Shown piece by piece: positions 1 through 7,785 of a stretch of 56,758 nucleotides of DNA. The stretch is from an uncultured Clostridiaceae bacterium. GTDB taxonomy: Bacteria; Bacillota; Clostridia; TANB77; CAG-465. The DNA is taken from positions 704 through 57,461 of the forward strand of contig CAZQJQ010000002.1 of NCBI GenBank assembly GCA_964593045.1, in the 5' to 3' direction. Made by a program: the position numbers and the translations under genes. Every line of letters starts with the position of its first letter. Position 1 is the first letter of the stretch. The notes under the pieces were generated by a model. It saw only the letters and a list, made by a program, of their open reading frames with translations, had not been told where the DNA came from and did not search any database.

Positions 1-40
1 TTTCAATGATTTTCTGATACTTTATCAATATATTATGTAT

Positions 41-72
41 ATGGCTATTCAAAAAATGAATAGCCATTTTTA
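41..72 (+). terminator. intrinsic terminator-like hairpin
   Basis: Perfect 10-bp stem atggctattc/gaatagccat (41-50/58-67) with a 7-nt loop, followed by TTTTT (68-72). It lies just beyond the stop of the minus-strand gene ending at 84. Confidence 0.5.
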
Positions 73-83
73 TACTAATTATT

Positions 84-1748
84 TCAATTAACCATAAAAT
101 AGTTAAATTGGGATGATTTACTCCATTCATAAGAACTCCATAAATCTGTACCATTACTTCCTGGATCAACAATATTTACATTGTTTCCATTCACTCCAGT
201 AATAGCAACCCAATGTTGATTCCCTGGTGTTGCACCTTTCACTTCTATAATCAAATAATATCCTTGATTATAATATTGTGTTATTAGTGCAAGTTTTTCA
301 GTTCTTGATTTTCCTCTTAAATTAACATTACCACCATATTTAAAATTAGGAACTGCTTTAGTAACACCAGCATGTTGAAGATTTCCATTTATATCAAAAG
401 CATTATTTGTATTTAGTGCTTCCAAAAAAGTACCTGGATTAAATGGAGTAATAGTTGTATTGCAACCAGATTTTTCTATTAAAATTGATATAGAAGTAAC
501 CAAACATCCTATTTGTCCAAGTGTACTATTCGTATTTCCAATTTTTATATTTGACCAACTTTGTCCATTTTGTCGCCATGATATATATTCTCCAGAGTCA
601 ACATTACCATAAATAGCTCCATTCCATAGTGCAGCATATTTTTGACTAGACAATTCATTATATTGTTTTAATTGATTAGCATTAAAAGAATATTCCTTTT
701 TCATCTGTTCAGCTGTTTTTGAAATAAGTTTTATATGCAATACTCTTTTCTCAACTTCTTTAGGTAATTCATTAGTATTAATACCTTGTTCAGTAACCCT
801 TTCTGTTTTAACATCAGATGAAATATTATTCATATTCCAAAATATTTCTTTGAAAGTCTTTTTCTTCTCTTCATTCATAGTCATAACTTCTTGGTCATTG
901 ATGCCTTTTGATTCTTTTATAGTATAAACGAGCAATACATCTTTCCACGAAGCCATTGTACCATCTAGTATATAGTCATCATGTGGATTCTCATCTTGAA
1001 TATTTTGCAATCTATCAGCAAATTCTTGATTACATTCTGCTACTACCTCTTTCATAGTTAGAGAATTCGTACTTGTTTTTTCACTAGATAAAAAAATGCC
1101 AAATATAGAACTGCATAACATGGCTACTAAACAAACAACTAAGATTATTGCAACTGCCAACCACCCTCCTGCCATAATAGCTGTAACCAGAGCCTTTGTA
1201 CTAATAACTATTCCTTTTATTGCTGATATTGTTGCTTTAATTGCCATCCTAATTCCCTTAATAGTCGATTTAGCAGTTTCTTTTGCTAGTTGCATTGCTC
1301 TTTTACTTACCTTAACACTCTCTTTGGTCATTTTTTGAGTTTTTAATATGGCATCTTTACTTGTTTTTATAACCATCTTACTATTTTTTATAGTTGATTT
1401 ACCAGTTTTAATAGTATCTTTCGCTAATCTTTTAGCCTTTTGCTTATCTTTAAATTTTTTAATTTTAATTTTTGATTTTATAATATTTTCTTTTGTCTCT
1501 TTGAATGATTTTTTTCCATTTTTATTAAATTGAGTAGCAATGGTACTAGCAGTTATGCTACTAGCACCTGTTATTGCATTGCTACCATAATCAATAGTAT
1601 TTTCTTCATTATTATTTTTGTTAGAATTATCTTTCAATTTTTCTTTTGTGCTAACAATATTATCTTTTAGATTTTTAGTTCCTACTACTGCTTTGTTTAA
1701 AGTCTTTATTGTTTTAGGTTTAGAGTCTTTTGTTTTTATATTAGCCAA
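84..1748 (-). CDS. conjugative-element cell-wall hydrolase-like protein (Lys-rich N-terminus, TM segment, C-terminal papain-fold Cys peptidase)
   Basis: 554-aa ORF. The N-terminal ~190 aa are extremely Lys-rich, followed by a hydrophobic segment (GGWLAVAIILVVCLVAMLCSSIFGIF). The C-terminus has a Cys...His...Asp arrangement (GQIGCLVTS ... QHWVAITGV ... IVDPGS) typical of C39/CHAP-like peptidases. It sits directly downstream of the VirB4-type ATPase fragment, as in Tn916/Tcp-type transfer modules. Confidence 0.55.
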   Translation of the reverse strand: MANIKTKDSKPKTIKTLNKAVVGTKNLKDNIVSTKEKLKDNSNKNNNEENTIDYGSNAITGASSITASTIATQFNKNGKKSFKETKENIIKSKIKIKKFKDKQKAKRLAKDTIKTGKSTIKNSKMVIKTSKDAILKTQKMTKESVKVSKRAMQLAKETAKSTIKGIRMAIKATISAIKGIVISTKALVTAIMAGGWLAVAIILVVCLVAMLCSSIFGIFLSSEKTSTNSLTMKEVVAECNQEFADRLQNIQDENPHDDYILDGTMASWKDVLLVYTIKESKGINDQEVMTMNEEKKKTFKEIFWNMNNISSDVKTERVTEQGINTNELPKEVEKRVLHIKLISKTAEQMKKEYSFNANQLKQYNELSSQKYAALWNGAIYGNVDSGEYISWRQNGQSWSNIKIGNTNSTLGQIGCLVTSISILIEKSGCNTTITPFNPGTFLEALNTNNAFDINGNLQHAGVTKAVPNFKYGGNVNLRGKSRTEKLALITQYYNQGYYLIIEVKGATPGNQHWVAITGVNGNNVNIVDPGSNGTDLWSSYEWSKSSQFNYFMVN

Positions 1749-1765
1749 TATTTACCACCTACTTT

Positions 1766-2200
1766 CTATTCACCTTCTCCAGGTTTTGTAGTCATCAACT
1801 TATAAAGTTTTGTATTAGTTGGAAATTTATTTATAAATGGAATTAACGAACTGCCAACTTTTAGTAATCCTTGTCCTACACCAACATTAGTTATATATCC
1901 CATTTGCAACTCAGATATATTTAATAACTTTGAAAGTTCAATTCTATCAGTACTTGCTTGATTTAACATCACTATAAATTCAGAGTTTGCAAGCATAGTT
2001 CTTGCAGTATGACTTTGAAGTAAATCATCTACATTTTGGGTTATACCTGTACAATATGCTCCATACTTTCTTACTCTTTTCCATAAGGTAAATAAAAAGT
2101 TTGCCGAATATTCATGTTGAAATAATAAGTAAATTTCATCAACAAGAAAAATAACTTCGTTATTCCCCGTCGGGCTAAATTTAGAGTCTAACTTAAAAAG
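1766..2200 (-). pseudogene. 5'-truncated VirB4/TcpF/Tn916-Orf16-type conjugal transfer ATPase (C-terminal fragment only)
   Basis: The frame is open from 2200 to the stop at 1766. It reads ...GNNEVIFLVDEIYLLFQHEYSANFLFTLWKRVRKYGAYCTGITQNVDDLLQSHTARTMLANSEFIVMLNQ..., with a Walker-B-like hhhhDE and the GITQ motif of the C-terminal third of VirB4-like ATPases. There is no N-terminal ~500 aa and no plausible start, and the homology ends at the IS91-family element. Confidence 0.65.
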
Positions 2201-2260
2201 TTAGGCTTTTTCTTTAGTTGACTTAGATAAAAATATATTGTAAAATAATCTTGTGATATT

Positions 2261-3487
2261 ATGGAGAGTTTAACTGATTATTCTAAATCTTTAGGTAAAA
2301 GATTTCTTAAATTTGTAACTAATTCTATTGATTTAAAACCTTCAAAAAAAATTAAGTTGAAGGATATATTTAACGAGTACTGGAACGATTTCTTAACGTT
2401 CGCTAAAAGCAATAATATTAAACTTAGAGATGTTGTTTTAAAAGAGGTTGACCGTATCATTTGCTGTGGTAGCCTTTCTGAAGGATACTATACTTATGTA
2501 TGTAAAGATTGTGATAAAGTCCATTATTCGCCTTTTCATTGTCATTCAAGATTCTGTCCTTCCTGTGGTATTAAATCTATTCTTGTCAAGTCTAATAAAA
2601 TTTTAAAAATGTTAATTAAATACAAGCATAGACATGTGGTATTTACTATCCCTGAAGAATTAAGACCGCTTTTTAGAAAACATCGTAAAGATTGTATTGA
2701 TATCTTATTTGACTCAGTTAATGATACCATTAACTATATAGTTAAATCAGCTACTAGAAAATATGAGCAAAATGAAGATTATGTGCCAGGTTTTATCTCT
2801 ACACTCCATACTTTTGGTAGAGATTTGAAATGGAATCCTCATATTCACGTTATCCTTGCAGAGTGTGTTTTTGGTAAGAATACTATCTACAAACCATTAT
2901 TTATTTCATATGAGCAGATTAGAAAATCTTTCCAAAATATCTTACTTAAAAATCTAGAAAATCATTTCGGTAAACCTACGTTTAGAGCTTTAAAAAACAA
3001 GATTTATTCTCATACTCAAGATGGCTTCTACATTTATGCCAAACACAATCCTCTTGCTGATATTAGAATTGCTGTTTCTTACGTTATACGTTATCATGGT
3101 AGACCTGCAATTGCTGAATCTAGAATATTGTCTATGGATAACATGACCATTACATTTTGGTATGATAGACATGAAGATGGCAAAAGAGTTGTTGAGTCTT
3201 TGCATGTCTTCGAGTTTTTTAAGCGTTTAATTGTTCATATTCCTGATAAATTCTCTAATACTATTAGATATTATGGTTTCTACAATAAGCCTTTAAGACA
3301 ATTTAATAAAATGCTTAAATTATTCTCAGATAACTATTTCAAAGCTAGAGAATGTCTTAACAATTGGCGTAATAGATTACGTTATTATTTTAATTATGAT
3401 CCTTTAATTTGTAAATATTGTGGAAAGAAAATGCAACTACTTTCTATTACAGTAAAAAGTAGATCTTACATATTTGATTCTTGTTGA
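2261..3487 (+). CDS. IS91 family transposase (Zn-binding N-terminal domain plus Y2 HUH transposase domain)
   Basis: 408 aa. N-terminal Cys cluster CCGSLSEGYYTYVCKDCDKVHYSPFHCHSRFCPSCG. HUH-like LHTFGRDLKWNPHIHVILAE. Paired catalytic Tyr in SYVIRYHGRPAIAESRI (YxxxY). Confidence 0.85.
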   Translation: MESLTDYSKSLGKRFLKFVTNSIDLKPSKKIKLKDIFNEYWNDFLTFAKSNNIKLRDVVLKEVDRIICCGSLSEGYYTYVCKDCDKVHYSPFHCHSRFCPSCGIKSILVKSNKILKMLIKYKHRHVVFTIPEELRPLFRKHRKDCIDILFDSVNDTINYIVKSATRKYEQNEDYVPGFISTLHTFGRDLKWNPHIHVILAECVFGKNTIYKPLFISYEQIRKSFQNILLKNLENHFGKPTFRALKNKIYSHTQDGFYIYAKHNPLADIRIAVSYVIRYHGRPAIAESRILSMDNMTITFWYDRHEDGKRVVESLHVFEFFKRLIVHIPDKFSNTIRYYGFYNKPLRQFNKMLKLFSDNYFKARECLNNWRNRLRYYFNYDPLICKYCGKKMQLLSITVKSRSYIFDSC

Positions 3488-3711
3488 CGGAGGTGATTAA
3501 TATTTTTAAAAAATCTAAAGTTACTTATGAAAATTTTGATGATATTATTAGTACAGATAATATTCGTACTAATTTTACTTGTTCAAAATGTGGATATCAT
3601 GAAGATGTTCCTGATTGGATTGTATCTGAATTAAATCCTTTTTCTAGAAAACCTTCTATTGAATGTCCAAAATGTAATAAAGCAATGTATCGCACAAAAA
3701 ATATTAAATAA
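3481..3711 (+). CDS. small zinc-ribbon protein (hypothetical, possible IS passenger)
   Basis: 76-aa ORF overlapping the transposase stop, with two CxxC pairs (CSKCGYH ... CPKCNK). GGAGGTG lies at 3489-3495, but no in-frame ATG follows, so the start would have to be non-canonical (TTG/GTG/ATT). Confidence 0.3.
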   Translation: MLTEVINIFKKSKVTYENFDDIISTDNIRTNFTCSKCGYHEDVPDWIVSELNPFSRKPSIECPKCNKAMYRTKNIK

Positions 3712-3796
3712 TGCAAATTAAAGGAATTATTAATTATACATATTTACATATATTACCATATTGTTGGTAGTAATTATTTTTTATGCATTTTAAAAA

Positions 3797-3833
3797 GCAA
3801 AATTTGAGGATAACTCAAATTTTGCTTTTTTTT
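3797..3833 (+). terminator. intrinsic terminator / possible IS91-family end hairpin
   Basis: 12-bp perfect stem gcaaaatttgag/ctcaaattttgc (3797-3808/3814-3825), loop gataa, then an 8-T run. Confidence 0.65.
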
Positions 3834-3854
3834 ACTTGTAGATAATTCCTATTA

Positions 3855-3880
3855 TAAAAAAAAAACTAGCATTTGCTAGT
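3855..3880 (-). terminator. intrinsic terminator
   Basis: On the minus strand: ACTAGC-AAAT-GCTAGT stem-loop followed by a 10-T run (plus-strand A-run 3855-3864). It overlaps the stop of the small ORF 3876-4025. Confidence 0.5.
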
Positions 3881-4025
3881 CTAAAATTTCAATATACTTA
3901 ATTAATAATTCATCAATTACATCTGTATTTTCATTTTCTTTTATAAGTTTATTTCTAAATTCATTTAAGGAATTTATTATTATTTTTAATTCATATATAT
4001 CAAGTTTTAATTTATACTTTTTCAT
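3876..4025 (-). CDS. small protein, possibly Spo0E-family aspartyl-phosphate phosphatase
   Basis: 49-aa ORF absent from the supplied track (below its length cut-off): MKKYKLKLDIYELKIIINSLNEFRNKLIKENENTDVIDELLIKYIEILD. GGTGGA SD 5 nt upstream. The C-terminal TDVIDELLIKY resembles the Spo0E signature SQxLDxLIxxY. A terminator follows. Confidence 0.35.
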   Translation of the reverse strand: MKKYKLKLDIYELKIIINSLNEFRNKLIKENENTDVIDELLIKYIEILD

Positions 4026-4123
4026 ATACATCCACCACATTTAATATAACAATTTTTTATATGAATTAAAAATGTGCTAAAAAAAGAGAGATAAAATACA
4101 TTATCCCTCATTATAGTTTGATA

Positions 4124-4879
4124 CTACTTTGCTCCTATTTTAAATAACACTGCTGCTATTGTTAAGAATACACACTTAATATCTAATATTAAATTACAGT
4201 TTTTACAATAGAAATATTCTAATTCAAGTCTTCTTTCATAAGTAGTAGCTGATCTTCCGTTCGCGGCCCACCACCCCGAAATGCCTGGGCGAACACTTTC
4301 ATATATTGCATGATTTCCTTTATGAGCATCAAGCTCTCCTTCAACTAAAGGTCGAGGTCCTATCATAGACATATCACCTTTAATTACATTGATGAATTGT
4401 GGCAATTCATCTAATGATATTTTTCTTAAAATATTTCCCATTTTTGTTATTCTTGGATCGTTTTTAAATTTTTGATTTAAGTCCCATTCTTTTTTATACT
4501 TAGGGTCTTTTAAAAGTTCTTTTAGCACTTCATCTGCATTACATACCATACTTCTAAATTTATATATATATATTGGCTTACCATTTTTTCCGATTCTCTT
4601 TTGTTTATAAAATATTGATTTTTTATCTCCTGTTGCTATGTAACATATTTTAGTTACTATTGCTACTGGAATTAATGCTATAATGCCAAGCAATGAACAA
4701 ATTATGTCGAATATTCTTTTAATGCTAAAATATGAAGCTCTTTCAATTTTATGCAAAATTGCTTTTGATTTTTTTACTTTGTTGTTAACTGGTACTATAA
4801 CAGATTCAATCGCAACAACATCATTTAAAACTTTAGAATTATCTTTAGTGTCTATAACTGCTGAATCTATTGGAGCCAT
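4124..4879 (-). CDS. undecaprenyl-phosphate sugar phosphotransferase (bacterial sugar transferase family, small PglC/WbaP-C-terminal type)
   Basis: 251 aa. KRIFDIICSLLGIIALIPV re-entrant helix; KQKRIGKNGKPIYIYKFRSM; DPRITKMGNILRKISLDELPQFINVIKGDMSMIGPRPL; full C-terminal ...GISGWWAANGRS..YERRLELEYFY... SD AAGGGGGGTGG upstream. Confidence 0.85.
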   Translation of the reverse strand: MAPIDSAVIDTKDNSKVLNDVVAIESVIVPVNNKVKKSKAILHKIERASYFSIKRIFDIICSLLGIIALIPVAIVTKICYIATGDKKSIFYKQKRIGKNGKPIYIYKFRSMVCNADEVLKELLKDPKYKKEWDLNQKFKNDPRITKMGNILRKISLDELPQFINVIKGDMSMIGPRPLVEGELDAHKGNHAIYESVRPGISGWWAANGRSATTYERRLELEYFYCKNCNLILDIKCVFLTIAAVLFKIGAK

Positions 4880-5489
4880 TCATGCCACCCCCCTTTGCTG
4901 ATTGAAGTATTCCCTTATCTGAAAATAGAGGAACTTGCCATGGTCCTGTAATACCTGGTTTACATTGTATTATGTGTGTATAGTACTCTCCCATCTCTTT
5001 TTTCTCTCTTGGAAGATATGGTCTAGGTCCTACTAAACTCATTTCACCTTTTAAAACATTAATAAATTGTGGAATTTCATCTATTGAGTTTTTTCTTAAA
5101 ATCTTACCTATTTTTGTTACTCTAGGATCATTTGCTAATTTTTTCTTTATTTTATACTCTACTCTTGCCTCTTTATTTTTTGTTAAATATTTTTTTAATT
5201 CTTCATCTGCATTATCTATCATTGTATTAAATTTATACATTTTAAATAATTTACCATTTTTACCTATTCTTTCTTGTACAAAAAATAACTTTGTTTTATC
5301 TCTACTTATTTTTTTTGCAAAGAATACTATTATTGTTATTGGTAAAAGTAAAACTATGCCAAATATTGATGCAAATATATCTGTAGTTCTTTTTAAAAAA
5401 ACTGAAAATACACTGGTATTTTGCTCAGCATTTTCTATTGGTATTATATCCATATTTGCTTCTGCTAAATTTGAATTATTTACATTCAC
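4845..5489 (-). CDS. sugar phosphotransferase paralog with a divergent or truncated C-terminus
   Basis: 214 aa. KRTTDIFASIFGIVLLLPI; QERIGKNGKLFKMYKFNTM; DPRVTKIGKILRKNSIDEIPQFINVLKGEMSLVGPRP; PGITGPWQV. It then continues with 28 unrelated residues instead of the family's conserved GRS...LD..Y tail. Overlaps the next gene by 35 nt. Confidence 0.7.
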   Translation of the reverse strand: MNVNNSNLAEANMDIIPIENAEQNTSVFSVFLKRTTDIFASIFGIVLLLPITIIVFFAKKISRDKTKLFFVQERIGKNGKLFKMYKFNTMIDNADEELKKYLTKNKEARVEYKIKKKLANDPRVTKIGKILRKNSIDEIPQFINVLKGEMSLVGPRPYLPREKKEMGEYYTHIIQCKPGITGPWQVPLFSDKGILQSAKGGGMNGSNRFSSYRH

Positions 5490-6015
5490 CCTTCTTCACT
5501 TCCTTACTTTTATCATTTATTTTCTTTATATAGATTATCATAACAAACAAAATACCAGTTATTGCTCCAAGAGTATCTATTGATACATCGGTTATTTTAG
5601 GAGTTCTTGCTTCTGAAAATGCTTGATGTATTTCATCTAACATAGCAAATATAACTGATATAATTATTGAATAGCCTATTATGTCTATTTTATCTTTTAT
5701 ATGTTTTTTTATTTTGTTTTTTTCTTCTAATACTCTTATTAATATATTAGATGTAACTAGTACTCCACCTATTAAATACAATGTATAATGTGCATATTTT
5801 CTAATAATATATTCTGTTATATCATATCTATCGTTATAGCTAAGTTCATTATTTATTTTTAATATATTTTCTTGAAAATACATTGCTATTTTTACAAATA
5901 CACCACTTGTATTTTTGGAGCTTGTCCCATCTTGTGATGAAAATAAAAATACAGCTAATATCCATAATATCATGAGTATTGATAGTAATAATTTTATTTT
6001 TTCTTTTTTTTCCAT
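5476..6015 (-). CDS. VanZ-like family membrane protein
   Basis: 179 aa with multiple TM segments. KYAHYTLYLIGGVL and DEIHQAFSEARTPKITDVSIDTLGAITG match the VanZ-family pattern (DE.HQ.F...R......D...D..G). Confidence 0.7.
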   Translation of the reverse strand: MEKKEKIKLLLSILMILWILAVFLFSSQDGTSSKNTSGVFVKIAMYFQENILKINNELSYNDRYDITEYIIRKYAHYTLYLIGGVLVTSNILIRVLEEKNKIKKHIKDKIDIIGYSIIISVIFAMLDEIHQAFSEARTPKITDVSIDTLGAITGILFVMIIYIKKINDKSKEVKKGECK

Positions 6016-6229
6016 TTTTCCTTTAATATTCTTTTATTTTTGTTTTATAATCTATTAACATACTTATTTCTATTTATTTTTTAAAAATAAGTGATAAATA
6101 CTCATATATATTATACCTTTTTATTTTTAATTTGTCAAACTATATATTTTTTTTTAACTTTTTAAGTTAACTTATTTATAATTTTATATTTATTTTACTT
6201 CATTTTTATACTTTTATTTCCATAATTTT

Positions 6230-7339
6230 CTATTCATTATATTCTTTATAGTACCTTATTTTTTTAATCTTTTTTTCTTTAAACATACTTTTTAAATATC
6301 CTGTTTCAAGTACAAGTGTAAGTACATCTTTTAATATTATAGTAATTATTGGTCCAAGTATCATTCCTATTACTCCAAATGTTTTAAAACCTATATACAT
6401 TGTTATAAGGGTAATAATTGGTTTTATTCCTATGCTATTACTTATTATTTTTGGCTCTATTAGTTGCCTTATTACAAGTACTAAACCATATATTATGGTA
6501 AGTGCTATAGCATGCTCCATATTTCCTATTATACCTGAATATATAATCCATGGTACCATAACTGTTCCAATACCCACTACGGGAAGTAAATCAAGTATTG
6601 CTAGCACTATAGATATAGTAAATGGATATGGTTCTTTTATTATTAAAAAAGAAATTACTAGTTCTATAAACGAGATACCTACAAGTATGAGTTCTGCTTT
6701 TAAATAATTAAACAATGATGATATTGATTTTTTTACTATGTTTACAAAATTTTCTACCCATTTTTTAGGTAATGTTTCATTTAAAAAATTATATATCATA
6801 TTTTTATCTATTGCAAAAAAGTACGTTGCAAGTATTGTTACTACTGCATATATAACAAGTGTTGGTAAAAACAATATAAAATCAAAAATTGAGTTTAATA
6901 CATTTATTATAACATGAGATAATGTAGCTAATACTTCCATTCCTATATCATAAATTTTAGTAGATACTACATCTGGTAAAACATTATTCATTTCTTTAAA
7001 TTTTGAAAAAGTTGTTCTAAATAACGTTTCTGCTTTTTCATACATACTAGGTATTAAGTCAATAAGTACTATTGATTCTTTTATTATTTTTGTACACATT
7101 AAAAAAAGAATAAAACCAATTATAACATATACAAGTGCTACTACTATAAAAGCGGAAATTTTTCTTGGAACTTTTATTTTTTTATTTATATATTCTATTA
7201 CTGGTTTTATACTAAATGCAATTATTGCTGCAAGTGTAAATGGCCAAAAATATACTGATAATCCTATAAAACACATTACCGTAAATATTATTGCTATAAG
7301 TCCTATAAATTTAAGCAAAAAATTCTTTATATCTATCAT
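6230..7339 (-). CDS. AI-2E family transporter (YtvI-like sporulation integral membrane protein)
   Basis: 369 aa, 7-8 TM segments. The C-terminal LDLLPVVGIGTVMVPW ... IGIKPIITLITMYIGFKTFGVIGMILGP is typical of the PerM/AI-2E (UPF0118) family. Confidence 0.7.
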   Translation of the reverse strand: MIDIKNFLLKFIGLIAIIFTVMCFIGLSVYFWPFTLAAIIAFSIKPVIEYINKKIKVPRKISAFIVVALVYVIIGFILFLMCTKIIKESIVLIDLIPSMYEKAETLFRTTFSKFKEMNNVLPDVVSTKIYDIGMEVLATLSHVIINVLNSIFDFILFLPTLVIYAVVTILATYFFAIDKNMIYNFLNETLPKKWVENFVNIVKKSISSLFNYLKAELILVGISFIELVISFLIIKEPYPFTISIVLAILDLLPVVGIGTVMVPWIIYSGIIGNMEHAIALTIIYGLVLVIRQLIEPKIISNSIGIKPIITLITMYIGFKTFGVIGMILGPIITIILKDVLTLVLETGYLKSMFKEKKIKKIRYYKEYNE

Positions 7340-7510
7340 ATTTTACCTCCATTTTTCTTTTTTAATATTATACCCTCTTTTTTTTAATATATTTGTCGTA
7401 TATTGTAGTATGATATAATTTTTTATTTTTTTGTAATCTTTTTAATACTTGACACATATGATATAATTATAGTATTCACAAAAAATAGCTTTTAAAAATT
7501 TTAAAAAAGA

Positions 7511-7701
7511 AAGGATGAGCACTAATGAGACTCATTAACAAAATCGTGGAGGCAATCGAGAAGTATGGACGTAGAAAGAGGCTTTGGCTTTCTTTGTAGG
7601 CGACCCTATTTGTTAGCAACATGCCGGTGCATGTTGATTTCATATACTTATCTCCTTATTACACATTTGGTCAAGATTATATCTTGGCCATTTGTGTTTT
7701 T
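7511..7701 (+). promoter_or_regulatory. structured 5' leader of dapA with terminator (riboswitch-like; lysine/L-box expected but not confirmed)
   Basis: This is the only GC-rich non-coding island in the window. GGAGGC (7548-7553) can pair with CTCC (7652-7655) to close a multi-helix region. There is a perfect hairpin caacatgc-cggt-gcatgttg (7617-7636) and a terminator at 7662-7701, 85 nt before dapA. GGAGGC..GAGAAGUAUGG and GCCGGUGCAU recall L-box segments, but I cannot find the GCCGAAG and ACUGUCA cores. Confidence 0.4.
7662..7701 (+). terminator. leader (attenuator) terminator upstream of dapA
   Basis: 15-nt arms cacatttggtcaaga / tcttggccatttgtg (7662-7676 / 7682-7696; one U-G wobble plus a 2-nt internal mismatch), a 5-nt loop, then TTTTT (7697-7701). 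Confidence 0.6.
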
Positions 7702-7785
7702 ATATTTGTAACAGATTATATTTTTTAAAATATTATATATTAAATACATTTGTATTTATAACATTTTGAAAAGAGGTAAAAATAT

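Larger units (their letters stand above)
2165..3833 (+). mobile_element. IS91-family (rolling-circle, HUH Y2) insertion sequence; ends approximate
   Basis: Contains the IS91-type transposase ORF. The left limit is inferred from where the VirB4 homology stops (about 2165-2200), with a hairpin at 2186-2206. The right limit is guessed at the strong hairpin 3797-3833. This family has no inverted repeats or target duplications, so the ends cannot be fixed by eye. Confidence 0.45.

Noticed and set aside
4888-4893. C6/G6 homopolymer between the two sugar-transferase genes, considered as a slipped-strand phase-variation switch.
   Set aside because: On the coding strand it is part of AAGGGGGGTGG, located 8 nt upstream of the downstream ATG, so it is simply a strong Shine-Dalgarno. 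Six residues is also short for efficient slippage.
7525-7599. 24-codon ORF (MRLINKIVEAIEKYGRRKRLWLSL) inside the dapA leader, considered as a leader peptide.
   Set aside because: It has no run of regulatory codons (Lys is not enriched in a stalling pattern) and overlaps the predicted RNA helices. An RNA-based attenuator explains the region better. I cannot exclude it without conservation data.
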